DNA of 64,000 nt from Prorocentrum cordatum (Eukaryota). A program made the translations under genes and the position numbers. Under the pieces are notes generated by a model, which was not told where the DNA came from, did not search any database, and worked only from the letters and a program-made list of their open reading frames with translations. The stretch covers positions 372,001 through 436,000 of the forward strand of contig CAUYUJ010000226.1 in assembly GCA_963575745.1 (NCBI GenBank), read 5' to 3'. This document shows, piece after piece, positions 48,509 to 62,175 of the stretch (within the stretch, counting starts at the first letter, position 1; each line of letters begins with the position of its first letter).

Positions 48509-51500
48509 CTAGTCGGTCCCTTGTCCGTCCCTCTTGGGGTCGGGTCGACGGTCCGCGGCCGCCCCGCCGATCAGCACTGCCGCTGGCCAGGCCGAGCCGG
48601 CCCGCCGCTTGCTGGAGCCCGGCCTGCAGGGAAGAAAGGTCTACCCCCCAAAAGGGGTTCGATCGAAGACTAAGAGGGCGGGTATCGGGTGGTGGTGGGA
48701 AATACGCGTGATTGGACACTCGAACAGGTACGGGCGAACAGTCTTAAAATGTTTGTTGTTGTTGTTGCTGCTGCTGTTGTTGTTGTAAACCAGGGGCCAG
48801 GGACGCAGTTTGGTGGCACCTCACTTGGTTGTAAAAAACATTCCCGGGATAACACTTTGATTGACAAAATGCAACGGCTACCAGGCATCATTCTTTTGAA
48901 ACGAGAACCTAACAACAACCTCAACAATCATGCTAAGGCTGTTCGCTCATATCTGCTCGCGTGCCATCCGATACGTATGTACCAACACTCGGTACCCGCC
49001 CTCGTCGTTTTCGATCGTACCACGTGGGGCTATATGTTCCTTAAGTGTCACGCGCATGTCGTGCAGCCCTTTAATCCGGGGAAGAGAGGAGGGGTGAAAG
49101 GGGGAGAGAGAAGGATGGAGCACGAGAGAGACCAGCAGGATTGGGGGCAGTGAACAGAAAACCAGTGGTAGAACCAGACGGGCAGATCGGGTGGGCAGAC
49201 CCTTAGCGGGCGTGTCGGGAAGGCGGGCCCAGGCGACCATGGCGGTTTGCTGAAGCATGGGTCTTGCGTTAATCGCGAGGAAGTGTCGAGCGATTGTGCG
49301 ATTCACAAGTCATTCATGAGAAAGGCCAAAGCGAGAGCGTGATTCCTGAGCGCCGAGGGCGCATCGCCTGAATTAACTGCAAGGACGTCCCACGCGAGAG
49401 CTCGACTCCTGCATACATAGTGAGGTAGTCCCTCGCGAAGGCGCGATTCTTCAATCATTTCTGAGGACGTATCAGGCGGGAGCCGTTGTTGTAAACCGGG
49501 GGCCAACAACCCAAGTCTGAGACGCAAGCCTTCCCCTTGTAAGGAATCCTTTGCGAGCCCCGGGAAGGGCACTTCAATTCAAAAAGCCAATGTGCCCCGG
49601 AGGAGGGATCAACATCAACATTAATTGTTTGATAGAAATGAGAACTCAACAACAACAGCAACAACACCAACAACCACACCAACAACAACAGCAACAGCAG
49701 CAACAACACCAACACCACCACCAACACCACCAACAACAGCAACAACAACAGCAATACTATCACCAACAACAGCAATAACGGCGGCAGCAGCAACAACAAC
49801 AACGACAACCATCCGCACCGCGGATCCTCGCTTCAGCCACGCGCCCAGGAACAGTGAATGACCGTTCAGCACCATCGCTCTGATGAGAAGGGGGATCGAG
49901 CAGAGGTGGAGGAAGAGGTTTCCTACTGGCAGATCTGTTGGACGTGGTCCATTTTGATTACGAAATGGGCTCGATGTTCCTTAGGCCATTCGTCCTTTCC
50001 ATACGGAGAGGAATACGAGAGTTATGAAAAGGAACGCAAGGATAGGGAGGGCGACGGACGATGAGTGCATGCCCCTCCCAAGCAGTGTTTTTTCTTCCAT
50101 TCTTCGTTCTCGTCCTTCTCCGTCCCTGTCTCTTCTTCATATTCATCCTCTGTCGTCGCCCTTGGAGTTTTATTGCTCGAGGTTTGTGCGACACCAGTCT
50201 TCTCATGCTAGGACAAGTTGGCGTTGCGTGGTGAGGGAGGATTTCATGTGCATGACGAATGTATGTGCACCGATTTCGAGGTTTGCTGTTGGTTGGGGCA
50301 TCTTGCCATGGTTGCACGTATGCCGTTGGTCCTGTGGGTGCCGTCAGGTGCGGAGGGTTGCGGACGCGGGCGGAGCATTGCCATGCATGCGGGGAGCCAG
50401 TGCCCGACTGAGCACCCGTCTGACGGGGCGGCATCTTGCGATCCGTTCGTCAGGTTGCGGCTCCATCTCCCCTTTCTCCCCCCGCCCCCCCGTCCTTCCC
50501 AGCCTTCTCCTGCAAGGAAACGGATCGACCTGGCCCGCTCGCACATTGAGAAGGACGTTGGCATTCCTTCCGTAGTCGATGGTACCATGTATGCGCCATC
50601 CATAACAATTCGGTTGCCTTCGCGTTGGCGCAGAAGTTTTGGGGTTTTAGTGTGCGTTGCCTTCCCCGCTTTGTTCCATGGAAAGGGGCGAGCTGGCAGA
50701 GCAGATGTGGCGCAGGAACTACGCGTGGCGCAAGTAGTACAGTTGGGGCGTTGACCCAAGGAACCCTAAATAAGGAACGAGGCCCCTTTTTTCCATAAGT
50801 CAAACTTCGATTTCCTATCGAAGACATAAGGGAAACCTGAAGCTGTGAAACACTTAAGGAACGCGGAGCCCCTCCCCAACCAAAAGGTTCCTTCTTCAGG
50901 GCCCCGACTGTAGCGACCGCAGCGAGCACTGAAACGAAGGGCTCGTGCACTCGGGGTTGCCAGCACGCTGCCGGGAGCAGCAGCGAAGCATGGGTCGGGT
51001 TGTGGTCCGGGGAGGCTGGCTTTGCAAGTTGGCGGTATTGTTGCCCCCCCCCCGCGATGCGTCATGCTGACAAACGAAGCGTGAAAGCGACCGGTGCCAA
51101 CGTCGGCATCGACATTGGTTTCTAGGGTGTGGTGCATTGCATACTCCAGATTTCGTAATAAGAGGGAGGGGGTCTGGACCCTCCAAGACAAGCCATTTCA
51201 GACCTCCCCCGTGGGAGAACCCCCCCCCCGAAATGACCCCCCAGGCCCTCCAAGATAGCCTGGAAGAGACCCCCCCCCCGAAATGAGACCCCCCTCCCTT
51301 TGTTACGAAATCTGGAGTACTCTGGGCACGGGGGAGGTTCAGGTGAGGAAGGATGGGGCAGTGGGAAGGAATTTGAGGCAAGATCTCTGAGGGGAGGGGA
51401 AAGAGTGAGCCAGGAGACGGTCAAACGAAGAAGAGAAGCGGGGATCGGGAGGAACGAAAATTGGGAATGAGGAGCACGTGTGTGGACAACGCTTGCGGCA

Positions 51501-52030
51501 CACTTCAGATTACACACGCCCACATATTACCCAAGTTTTGCCAGATCTATAGTTCTTGCACGCGCGAGCACGTGGAAATCAAAACGTAGATTAAAAGGTT
51601 TACCATATTCGCATATTCAGCATGTCTTCCGCCTGAGTTGCATATCATCGTTGACGCGTGACATACGTATAGATTGGTGTACCCGTGTTCGCCCACCTTA
51701 CGCCACACGGTAGCTCGCACGGCATCCGACTGGATACCGGCAAGACCACCCTTTCGAGGGTGAAAAAAAACCGGGGGTGAAACAAAACAAACGCGGGTTT
51801 TTTTATCACCCCCGCTTTCTTGACCTCTTGCTACCTTGCTCGCGCGCTGCACGGCACGCGCGTGGGACACCGCAGCCTTTTGGCCCAGAAGAGGACCCCG
51901 AGTCGGAAACGCGTCGCCAGTTAAAATAATTAGAATTGACAACACACCAAGATAAAGATGTTTGAGGGGGGGATGGGTGCAGCGTTCGGCTTGCGAGTGG
52001 TGTCGGACGGGGTTCGCAACCGATGTATGC

Positions 52031-52196
52031 TCAGAGCGTGAATTGCCTACCCCGCTTTCGCTTCCAGGCGAAGCCAAGTCATACCACGCGCCTCCCCGTC
52101 TAGCGGCCTGACCAGTACAGGCCCTAGTTTGGCATCGCTTGGTATCTCTTGGAAGCGAGGGTGGTCAAAAGCGAGGCAGGTTGGTTTGCCCCCCTA
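52031..52196 (+). mobile_element. Family F ~166-bp element without clear TIRs, TSD TATGC; second copy 18149-18313
   Basis: TATGC|TCAGAGCGTG...CCCCTA|TATGC; highly similar copy at 18149. Confidence 0.8.
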
Positions 52197-54301
52197 TATG
52201 CATGTGTGCATCGATCCCTCTGTCTGTGCTCGCACCTGGGGGCTCGCACTTCGCTCCCGAGGAGCTGGGCCCCGTGCTCCCCTCGCCGCGCGCCGGTCCT
52301 GGACACAGGGCCGCGTCCGCGGGCCCGGCGGCCCCGTCCCCGGCCGCCGCGCGGCAACGCGCGGAGCGCACCACCCGGCGCACCACCACGCAGACTTCAC
52401 CCACGGCTGATGGCGCACCACAGCCTGCGCCAGACCGCTTGCTCCACGCAGCTTGTCAGAGGGCAACAACATATGTACATGTACGCGGTTTGTTTCCGCC
52501 GAAGTGCGTTTGAACGCGGAGGTTCGTGCACGCAAGACGGCGGAGGGCGTACATGTGCACATGTCGTTGCTCGCTCAGCTTGCACCACGCAGCTTACGCC
52601 ACGTGGCTTGCACCACATGGCGTGCACCACGCAGCGTGCACTGCGCGGAGTGCACCACGTAGGTTGCACCACGCAGCTTGCCGTCCAGGGCAAGAGAACC
52701 CTTAATCGGAAAAAGACAGTGAAGACGTGGCCTCACTGAGATCCCCGTCTTTGCATCAGGGATACTAAGTCTGGGCGATTTGGGTCGATACATCTGCAGA
52801 TAAGACCCCCTCATCCCAAATGTATGTGGTCCTCCTTACTTCGGTCCCCATCCAAAGGGTTGGGGGTCCTGTTGCTGCTAGTCAGCTTGCACCACATGGC
52901 TTGTACCACACACCTTAGACCACACGGTTGCACCATACGGCTTGCCTATCCACGTCTGCGTCCAGCTTGGGGTCCACGCTGGCTAGCATGTACTCCCCAA
53001 ACAGTGATGGCGCTTGGGGGTACTTACATCTGTTCTAAGGACTTGGACGTGTCTTCGGTCGGGCGGCTGTGTGGCCGCCGCCACTGCCCCGTCGCCGCTC
53101 GCTGCCGCCTGTCGTCTGGGCCGTCTCTTCGGTTTGCTGGCTATGTGGCCGCCGGCGCCGCCTCGTCGCTTCCCTGGATTGCAGCGCGTAGATTTTCTTG
53201 TCTGAAGACGTCCACTCCAAACAGGAATCCGTACTATGCCATGCAGTCCCTTATCGTCCACCCCATTATTCTCGGCAAAGTATTTCTGTGCGCGGACACT
53301 CGTCTATCCAAAATCATCAGTTTCAAGATTTGCTTGCAACATATGCGGCGAAATGCACATGCTCGTGTCGTCGCGCGCGCATGCCAGAATCATTGAAAAA
53401 CCAAAGGTTTCGTAAGGATTTCCAGGTCGAATGCCCCGACACCATACGAAAACAAACAAACGATACACTCGCGCTTTTTCGAATTCTCCAGAAAACTGTC
53501 GGAATTTTCAACATTGTCATCAACAGCTACCAAACGGGCTTCTCTTGCGCGCATGTCGAAATCGTTCGGACTCCCTTGCGCGCGTGCTGTCACCACAGAT
53601 ATTGCACTACATAGGCTGCACCGCATAGAAGTCACCACATGGATTGCACTACACAGATCGCACGACATATGTTGTGCCACGTGGATTGCACCACATATGT
53701 TGCCATAAAACAGTGTTTGGGGTCCGCGCTGGCTAACATATTGTGTCGGGCCCACTCTGGTAAACATATGTTTCATGTTTCAAAGCCTATAGGGGTGTTT
53801 GACCCTGGCGTCGCGATCTGCGTGATTAAATTGTTCGATCATGATAACTGTGGCGATGACCCTAGCGAAATTGCCAGAAACATCGCGATTGGGGCGGCTT
53901 CATCAATGATAGTTTCTGTATGTGCATTCCCTCGGAGGGATGCGTATCATGGACATGCACGCACTCATCATATTCACATATGTATATACATAAAATAGGT
54001 ACATACATGTATATGTGTACGTATATGCGTTCATATGCAGGGGGAGAGACAGAGAGATAGAGAGAGCGAAGGAGGGAGGCATCGAGGGAGAGAGAGACAG
54101 AGAGAGAGGGAGAGAAACATGGACCATATATGTATATACACCCTTCTATCCCACATCATGCATGTGAACATGCAGAATTTGTCAACATAAAGAAACACAT
54201 GTTGAAAGAGACAGAGAGAGAGAGAGAGAGCGGGAGCTAGATCTACCAGAACCAACAGGTGCGAACCGTAGATGCATAGTTGTGCATTGGGTGGGAGGCA
54301 G

Positions 54302-54355
54302 GGTTGCCTCACACAATGCGAGGACTCCGAGAATCTCAAGGAGGAGTGGCAGCAG
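54302..54355 (+). CDS. Candidate exon (GCLTQCEDSENLKEEWQQ)
   Basis: gcag|G acceptor, CAG|gcgcgg donor, 54 nt, phase 0-0. Confidence 0.5.
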
Positions 54356-55483
54356 GCGCGGCGACCGCTCCTTCCGATCTCCGCTGGTGGCTTCCTCCTC
54401 GCCCTCCCTTGTCTCCTCCTCGTCCTGCCTGCCGCCCCCTCCAGCCCGAACAGAGCCTCGGGCTTGGGCTGAGCGCGCGTGTGCACTCTGCATGAATCGA
54501 CCTGCCTGTTGGGCACTTCGCATGGTGCCGTGTGGGCGCCTCGTCAATTTCTCCCGCTCCCGATCCCGTGGGCTTGATTGCGGCGGCCGTTCATGGACCG
54601 TCTTCCTCGTCGTCGTCGTCGTCCTCCTCCTCCTCCTCCTCCTCCTGCTCCTGCTCCTCCTCCTCCTCCTCCTCCTCCTCCTCCTCCTCCTCCTCCTCCT
54701 CCTCTCCCCCCAAACAAACCCGATCAAATTTGGTCCCCAAGCCCCTCCTGTGGTCCATCCTGCCCAGCCTTCCATCTCCGGGGTCAAGTCGTGACGAGCC
54801 CTGGGCTCGAAGCGGGGACCCGGGGCCCGAAACAATTAGGAAAAGCTTGCCCCGGACCCCCGTTCCCAGAATCCTCCAACCTGCAGCGGCCACGAGGGCC
54901 GAGAAACGCCCCCAGCTTTGGAGGGGGCCCCCCTGCTTGGAAACTGGAGCATACACACTGCGTAGCACCCCGCAGGTGCGTGTAAGAGTGGGGGGGCGGT
55001 GGGGACGTCGGCAGTCTGCGAGACTCCGGAGAAGACCGCCGCAGGCGCCAAAGCTTCACGACTTATACAAAGAACCCGCCGCAGGCGCCGATTTTTTTTT
55101 ATATCAAAACCCAGGTGGATCGGTCGCGGATGGGTCGCGGTCGGGTCGCGGGTAAGGTCGCGGGTGGATCGGGGTGGTTCGCGGGTGGGTCGCAAGTGGG
55201 TCGCGTGTGGGTCGCGGGTGGGTCGCGGATGGGTCGGGGTGGGTCGTGGGTGGGTCTCGGGGTGGGTCGCGGGTGGGTCGTGGGTGGGTCGCGGGTCGGT
55301 CGCGGGGGGGTCGGGGGTGGGCGGGTCGGTCGCGGGGTGGGTCGCGGGGTGGGGCGCAAGGTGGGTCGGCTGGTTGGGGTCGCGGGGTAGGTCGCGGGCT
55401 GGGTCTTTGGGTGGGTCGCGGTGTGGGTCGCGGGGTGGGTCCCAGGTTGTGTCGCGGGTGGGTCCTGGGGGGACGACGAAAAC

Positions 55484-55484
<1 letters not shown>

Positions 55485-55527
<43 letters not shown>

Positions 55528-55586
55528 GCAGCAGCAGCAGCAACAACAACCACAACAACAACAGCAACAACTACAACGACATCTAT

Positions 55587-55646
<60 letters not shown>

Positions 55647-55696
55647 CTCTACTACTACTGCTACTGCTACTGCTACTGTTACTGCTACTGCTACTG

Positions 55697-55753
<57 letters not shown>

Positions 55754-55880
55754 CTACAACTACAACTACAACTACAACTACAACTACAACTACAGCTACA
55801 ACTACAACTACAACTACAACTACACCAACCACATTAACAGTAACAACAACCAACAACACCAATAACAACACTAACAACAA
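55485..55880. repeat. (CAA)/(CTA)/(CAACTA) compound microsatellite
   Basis: Direct reading. Confidence 0.95.
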
Positions 55881-56303
55881 CATCACCAACAATATAAGCA
55901 ACAACGCAACAAGCAGAAGCATCACGGATTCTCACTTCAGCCACGCACTCAGGGACAATGAACGGCCGTTCGGCCCTCTCACTCTGACGAGTGGTGGGCA
56001 CGTTTTCCCGAGAAAGAACTAAACATATATATATATATATATACATATATACAGTCAACCGGCATGGTAAGGTTGGGCAACCTTTCCAAGGGTACCCTTG
56101 CATCCTTGCCTCCTCAGTCCATCCTTGGCCACTTTCGTTGGCCGTGCCCCGCTCGAGAAGCTTCGAGCGGGGCGTCCAGGGCTCTCGCGTCCTTGTCGCA
56201 TTTCCTTGTGCCTCGGGCCGGCCGTGCACTGGGACCCCGTACCACACCAGGGCCCGCGTTCCTGTGCAACCGTCCGTGGAGGGCCAGAAAAAAGCGAGGT
56301 TGG

Positions 56304-56337
<34 letters not shown>

Positions 56338-56359
56338 GTATATATATATACATATATAT

Positions 56360-56390
<31 letters not shown>

Positions 56391-56560
56391 GAGAGACAGA
56401 GAGAGAGAGAGAAAGACAGAGAGAGAGCTCGTTTCCCTGCCTGCGCGCTTCGTGCCCGGGCCCTCCGCCCCGCAGCTTGTCCTCTGACCTTCGCTCCCCG
56501 CGCACCTCCGCCGGGGCCCCCGTCGGGCCCCGCGGCGGAGGGGCCCGCGCCCCGGGCCAG

Positions 56561-56651
56561 GCACCCGCACCCCGTGGCCGCGCTCTCGGCCCGTGCGTCG
56601 GAGGAGGCGGGCCTCGAGAAGCCATGCGTCTTCGCCATCGGAGGCGTCAAG
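56561..56651 (+). CDS. Candidate exon (HPHPVAALSARASEEAGLEKPCVFAIGGVK)
   Basis: ccag|G acceptor, AAG|gc donor, GC3-rich codons. Confidence 0.45.
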
Positions 56652-56855
56652 GCTGAAGTCGGGCCTGGCCCTCTACAGGGGGAAGGTTCAGAAATAGTCC
56701 ACAAAATAGTCTCTGGGGCCAATGCTTTGACCAGTTTTGAGCTCTGTTGGGGCATTTGCTGTATTAAAAAAAAAAATCGTCCGACATCGGCCTGCGATGG
56801 GGACAGGCCCGACCTAAGTCGAGGTCGTGCTGCCCGGCGCCCCGCGAGCTGAAGT

Positions 56856-57100
56856 TCTAGGCCTCCTAGATGGGGTCCGAGTCGATGGGGTCGGAGGATC
56901 GCGCCGCATCGCCGATGTATCGACGATACGGCTCGATGTGGAGCCCGTGTTTCGCCACGCCGACGTCGTCGATGCATCGGCGACGTCGCCGATGCATCGC
57001 CGATGCATCGCCGATGCATCGCCGATATATCGGCGATGCATTGGCGATGCGGCGCGATCCTTCGACCCCATCTACTCGGACCCCATCTAGGAGGCCTCTA
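56856..57100. mobile_element. Family E palindromic element with CATCGCCGATG core repeats, TSD GAAGT; diverged copies near 12760-12990, 31055-31285, 35381-35610
   Basis: GAAGT|TCTAGGCCTCC...GGAGGCCTCTA|GAAGT; long inverted arms. Confidence 0.8.
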
Positions 57101-58520
57101 GAAGTGCCGGCCGTGCTGTCCAGGGCCCCCCGCGAGGAGCACCCGCCGTGCTCCACCAAAAGCACGGGCCGGGCGAGAGCCGCTTCGGGCTCGGGGGCCT
57201 CTGGGGCCGCCGCCCGAGGGAGCCAGAGCCGGGGTACCGTGGGAGCTCGGGAGGCAGAAGACACACAGGCACAATGAATCGTCGATCCCCTCGAAAATAT
57301 GGGAAAGTATGGGAAGGGGGGGGGGGAGGCAGAAACCCAGCAAATATATCGGAAAATCTGGGGGATCCTGTCATTTGTGTCTGTGGATTCGTGTGTCCCA
57401 GGGCCCCTTCAGGAACCCGTGCCAGGAAACACGCTGCTCGCCTCCAGGGTGCCCTGGGCTTCTCGGGTTCCGATGGCTTTGCGACGGAAGGCGTGAGGTT
57501 CCCACCCCAAAAGACCAATGGACGTCCTGGGGTCTGAGGGTTGGGTTTCTTGTGGAAGGTTTCTTGTGGATTGGCCTCCACTGTACCGCGGCATTTGCCT
57601 TGTTTTCCGGGGGCGTCCAAGCGGGGGGGTGATGACTACGGGGGGGTGGATCTCTTGGCGGCAGAGTCTTCAGGGATGGTTCGTTGGGCCTCGTCGGAGC
57701 GCACTCGTAGGCCTCCGAGGGGGCAGTTTGGGGGCAGCATGAGCATCTTGGGGTACTGTTGGGAGCCTCTTGGGGGTCTCTTCGGGCTTCTTGGGGGCCT
57801 CTTGGCGGGGGCCATGACATCTCCCTCGATCTCATGGCGCCTCCTCCTATATTAAGTCTTACGTCCCCCGCCTTCCCCCCGTGATTTGCGCCCCCCCCCC
57901 CCCCTTTGGGCGCCCCCCTCTTCCAAGCAGTGGCGAAGCGTCCTGGTTCGCCTATAGGCCCACCAAAGAATGTTGTCAGAGCCTTTTGTGGTTTGCACGA
58001 AGTGTTCTTAGAGCATTTCTGGCTAAGACCGTCTTGTTTGAACACATCGGGCTTAATTTCTAAGGACATGCTTTGGTTCTTAGAACGTTTTGGGGTTCTA
58101 AGAACATGTCGTGGTAGGCCTATAGGAATGCCAGGATGGTCGGTCCCTGCTCAATTCGGGGGGGGCATGGCCTACCCGCCGGTCGTTGTGAGTAGGCGTT
58201 TCGGGGAGGGATTCCCAGATCGAGGCACAAGGTCGAGGTCACTTCGGAGAGGGACTCCCAGGTCCCAATCCGCACTAGATGCACGTTCCAACTGCGAGAG
58301 TCGAGTGAGTTTCCCAGTTCCCTCTTCTTCACGGGGCGGGTGGAAGTCCAATCTATGTCCAACGCGTTCTTACTTCATGTTTCTACCCACTTCTTCCGAT
58401 CGAAGGGTAATCTTCGTCCTCTTCGTTGAGTGTTATTGTGCATCCTGAGGGAGGGCACCCTCGATTTTTTCGCAGATTGGCCGGCGGAGGGTCTCGTGTT
58501 CTCGAGGGATGCTCTTCTGT

Positions 58521-58564
<44 letters not shown>

Positions 58565-58745
58565 CGTCTGGGCCTTCCCCTGCCAAGCCTTGCAGGCGCG
58601 TCATGCGCCGATCCCGGGCCCAGGATCGGCCATGTCAGGATCGACATGGGCGCCGGCCTCCTACACCCCCCCCCGCTCTCCGCCTTCGTAATTCGCCGTC
58701 GCCATTGCCGCTCGCTTCCCCCCGCCCGACCGCCCCCGGCATCTC

Positions 58746-58908
58746 TCAGGAGGGAAAAAAACACACAGACACAATTAATCGTCGACCCCCAGGAAAATAT
58801 AGGGAAATATGGCAAGTGGGGGGGAAGACAGAAACCCAGAAAATATGGGAAAATATGGGGAATCTTTTTATTTGTGTGCATTTATTTGTGTGTCCTGGGG
58901 CCCCTTCA
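58746..58908 (+). mobile_element. Family A ~163-bp element (TCAGGAGG...CCCCTTCA), TSD ATCTC; other copies ~7624, 15486, 16746, 17956, 25277, 39230, 57247, 59567
   Basis: Dispersed similar copies. TSDs: ATCTC here, AAGAC at 59567-59769, AAGGC/AAGGA at 16746-16911, GGAGC/GGAAC at 57247-57411. Confidence 0.9.
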
Positions 58909-59704
58909 ATCTCCCTCGCCTCCGCCGGCGCTCGTCGCTTCGTCGCTTCGTCGCTCGCCGTCGCTCGTGGCCGTCCGCTCGTGGTGCGCTGTCGTCGGCG
59001 TTCCTTCGCTGTCGGCGTCCGCCGCCGTCGGCGATTCTCCGTCGCCGGCGCCCTGGCCGTCGTCGCCCCGCCCGTCGCCGTCTTCCTCTGCCGGCCCGAG
59101 AGGGGTGGCCTCCGGCCTCCCGAGGGGTGCTGAAGCTTTTTCGGTTAGCCTTCCCCGGAAAGACGCAGAGCACGTCGCAGACGCCGCGAGGGAGCCTCTG
59201 CAGAAGCTCCGCCGCCCTCCGACAAGGAGGAGGAGGAGGAGGAGGGAGGAGGAGGAGGAGGAGGAGGAGGAGGAGGAGGAGGAGGAGGAGGGGGAGGGGC
59301 AGGAGGAGGGATGGGAGGACGAGGGGGAGGAAGGAGGAGGAGGAGGAGGAGGAGGAGGGGAGGAGTGGAGGAGGAGGGAGGAGGAGGAGGAGGCAGGAGG
59401 AGGAGGAGGGGGAGGGGCAGGAGGAGGAGGAGGAGGAGGAGGAGGAGGAGGAGGATGGCCCACTCCTTCTCGCTTCCTCCTTCCACATTCCCCCCACGGC
59501 GCGCCGCCCAGCCCCGGGAGGATCGTCGCCCGAGGGCGGAGCAGGCTGTCTCTATGCAGCCAAGACTCAGGAGGGAAAAGACACAGGCACAGTAAATCGT
59601 CGATTTCCCAGAAACTATAGGAAAATATGGGAAGGGGTGGTGGGGGACAACAAAAACCTTGGAAATATGGGAAACTATGGGAGATCCTTTTAGTTGTGTG
59701 TATG

Positions 59705-59757
<53 letters not shown>

Positions 59758-60507
59758 AGGGCCCCTTCAAAGACGCTGACAGAAGGAACGGTTTGATTTT
59801 GGAAAGGGTTCGATGTTCTTGAGGTCCTTCCGTGGCTACTCCTCAAGCCCTCCTCATGGAAGGGGGGGCGGTCCTGGGACCAAGAAGGGGATTCGTTCCT
59901 TTTTCGGCGCGTCGTATTTTGACAGCCCGACTGTACACTTCTTTGCCATCTAATGCCCGCCCGCCCTTCCCGCCCTCTTTGCCCTCGCCCGCTCATCTTT
60001 GCAATATCGTTCAACCTGTCCCAATTCCCACCGGGCCGTGGCATCTGGGCTCCATCATCCCACCACCCCAGTTTGAAATAGGTTATGATGTTCCAACCTA
60101 CTTCTAGCCTTGACCACCAGAAATAATTCCGAGCATCAAAAAATCACCGAAACTCTATGGTTTTCACGTGCCGGACCCTGGGAAACACTCGCCCGACATT
60201 GTTTCGACACTGGGAGGAGTATTCGAAAATAGTAACAATGGTCAGGGGACGATTGTTCGACTATTTTTTTGTAAGTTTGGTGTACTCTTTGGGTACTGTT
60301 TGTTTTTTTCCCCACATCCAAAGTGGGGTTCTTGTTTTCTCTGGACACCCCGCGCAGGAACAGGAACACACACACACCCACTCACACTCACTCACACTCT
60401 CTCATCATCAACCTCATCAGCATCATCGATGATGCTCTCTCACATGCTTAGTCACTCACATACTCACCATCATCATCATCACTCGCACTCTCTCACACGC
60501 TCACGAA

Positions 60508-60574
<67 letters not shown>

Positions 60575-60700
60575 GGCATCGGCATCATCCTCATTCAAAC
60601 ATCATCATCGCCACCACCACTCACAATCATTCATCATCCTCTTCACCACTCATCTTCACCACCACTCATCATCCTCATCCTCATCATCGTTGAGTAAATT

Positions 60701-61332
60701 GTGAGGAAGTCTCAGGCGGGAGCCCCCTCCCTATGGGGCCCGCAGATCATGTTGGTAATCCGAGCGGGTCATCGGAACCCAGTAACTGTCGTCACTTTTG
60801 GGCTCCCCAGGCCTGAAAATGGAGGAAGTCTCAGGCGGGAGCCTCGTCTGTGAGTGAATTGGGAGGAAGTCTCAGGCGGGAGATCCCTCCCTATGGGGCC
60901 CGCAGATCATGTTGGTAATCCGAGCGGGTCATCGGAACCCTGTAACTGTCGTCACTTTTGGGCTCGTCAAGCCTGAATTTGGAGGAAGTCTCAGGCGGGA
61001 GCCTCGTCTCTGAGTGAATTGTGAGGAAGTCTCAGGCGGGAGCCCCCTCCTTATGGGGCCCGCACTTCATGTTCGAATCCGAGCGGGTCATCCGCAACGT
61101 GCAACAGTCGTCACTTTTGGGCTCTTGAGACTTGAATATGGAGGAAGTCTCGAGCGGGAGCCTCGTCTGTGAGTGAATTGCGAGGAAGTCTCAGGCGGGA
61201 GCCCCCTTCCCTATGGGGCCGCTGATCATTATTATTGTTGTAATCCGAGGGGTTATCGGAACTTTTTTTTTTCTTTGTTTTTTTTTTTTCTTTTTTGTAA
61301 CTGTCGTCCCTTTTTTGTTATTTTTTTTTTTT

Positions 61333-61367
<35 letters not shown>

Positions 61368-61383
61368 TTTTTTTTTTTTTTTT

Positions 61384-61464
<81 letters not shown>

Positions 61465-61622
61465 GGCTCCTCAAGCCTGAATATGAAGTCTCAGGCGGGA
61501 GCTTCGTTTGTGAGTGAACTGCGAGGAAGTCTCAGGCGGGAGCCCCCTCCCTATGGGGCCCGCAGATCATGTTGGTAATCCGAGCGGGTCATCCAAAACC
61601 TGTAACTGTCGTCAATTTTGGG
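60701..61622 (+). repeat. 160-bp satellite, about 4.6 units; one unit swamped by poly-T
   Basis: Units start at 60701, 60861, 61021, ~61180 and 61521; each has two GAGGAAGTCTCAGGCGGGAGCC copies. Confidence 0.9.
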
Positions 61623-61693
61623 TTCTCGCGCTGCCAGAACGCAGCTCCCAGGCCAAATTTTGGACGCAACAAGGAAGTTTTTGGGCTCCTCAG

Positions 61694-62175
61694 GTCGCCG
61701 AGGTGCTGCGACAGGGCGCCGAAGGCGCCGACGACGACGGCCAGGCCGAGGCGCGGGCGCGGAGCTTGCTGATGTTCAGGCCAGCGAGAGGGAGTTCACA
61801 TGGCAGAGCTCGGGGGCGCACAGCGTGCGCCGCTCGGGGTTCACCCTGACGCACGCGTCCTACCTGACCTCCTCGCTGTCGCAGGGCCAGACGCTGCGCA
61901 AGGGCGTCACCATCGACTGCGCGAGAGACGAGGACGCTGGCCGCACGGGCATGTCGGACGAGCAGTGGTGGCTGCACCTCTACGTCATGTTCCCCCGCGC
62001 CACGTGCATGCGGAACATGCTGATCCTGCGGCCGCCGCCGCGAGAGTTCCTGGAGTGCGGGCCGCCGGCGTCCCTGCGGAAGGCGCTCCTGGAGTTCGAC
62101 AAGAGAGCGGTTTTGTCCAGGGCGGAGGCGAAGCAGCTCGCGGCAGAGCTGGGCTTCGTGCCGCCTTCCGCCTGA
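61694..62175 (+). pseudogene. C-terminal fragment of a PIF1-like SF1B DNA helicase (Helitron Rep/Hel type), frameshifted near 61785
   Basis: RRSGFTLTHASYLTSSLSQGQTL..VTID matches PIF1 motif V (RxQFPLxLAxAxTxHKSQGxTL). LYVMFPRAT matches motif VI (YVALSR) with S>P. The upstream part VAEVLRQ...LLMFRPA is in another frame. Confidence 0.75.

Noticed and set aside
61262..61463. Poly-T as a retroposon poly-A tail
   Set aside because: T runs are interleaved at several points within one satellite unit, with no adjacent element body or TSD; more likely a sequencing or consensus artefact.
60701..61622. Regularly spaced 22-bp repeat resembling CRISPR repeats
   Set aside because: The intervening segments are themselves repeated with a 160-bp period, so this is a satellite.
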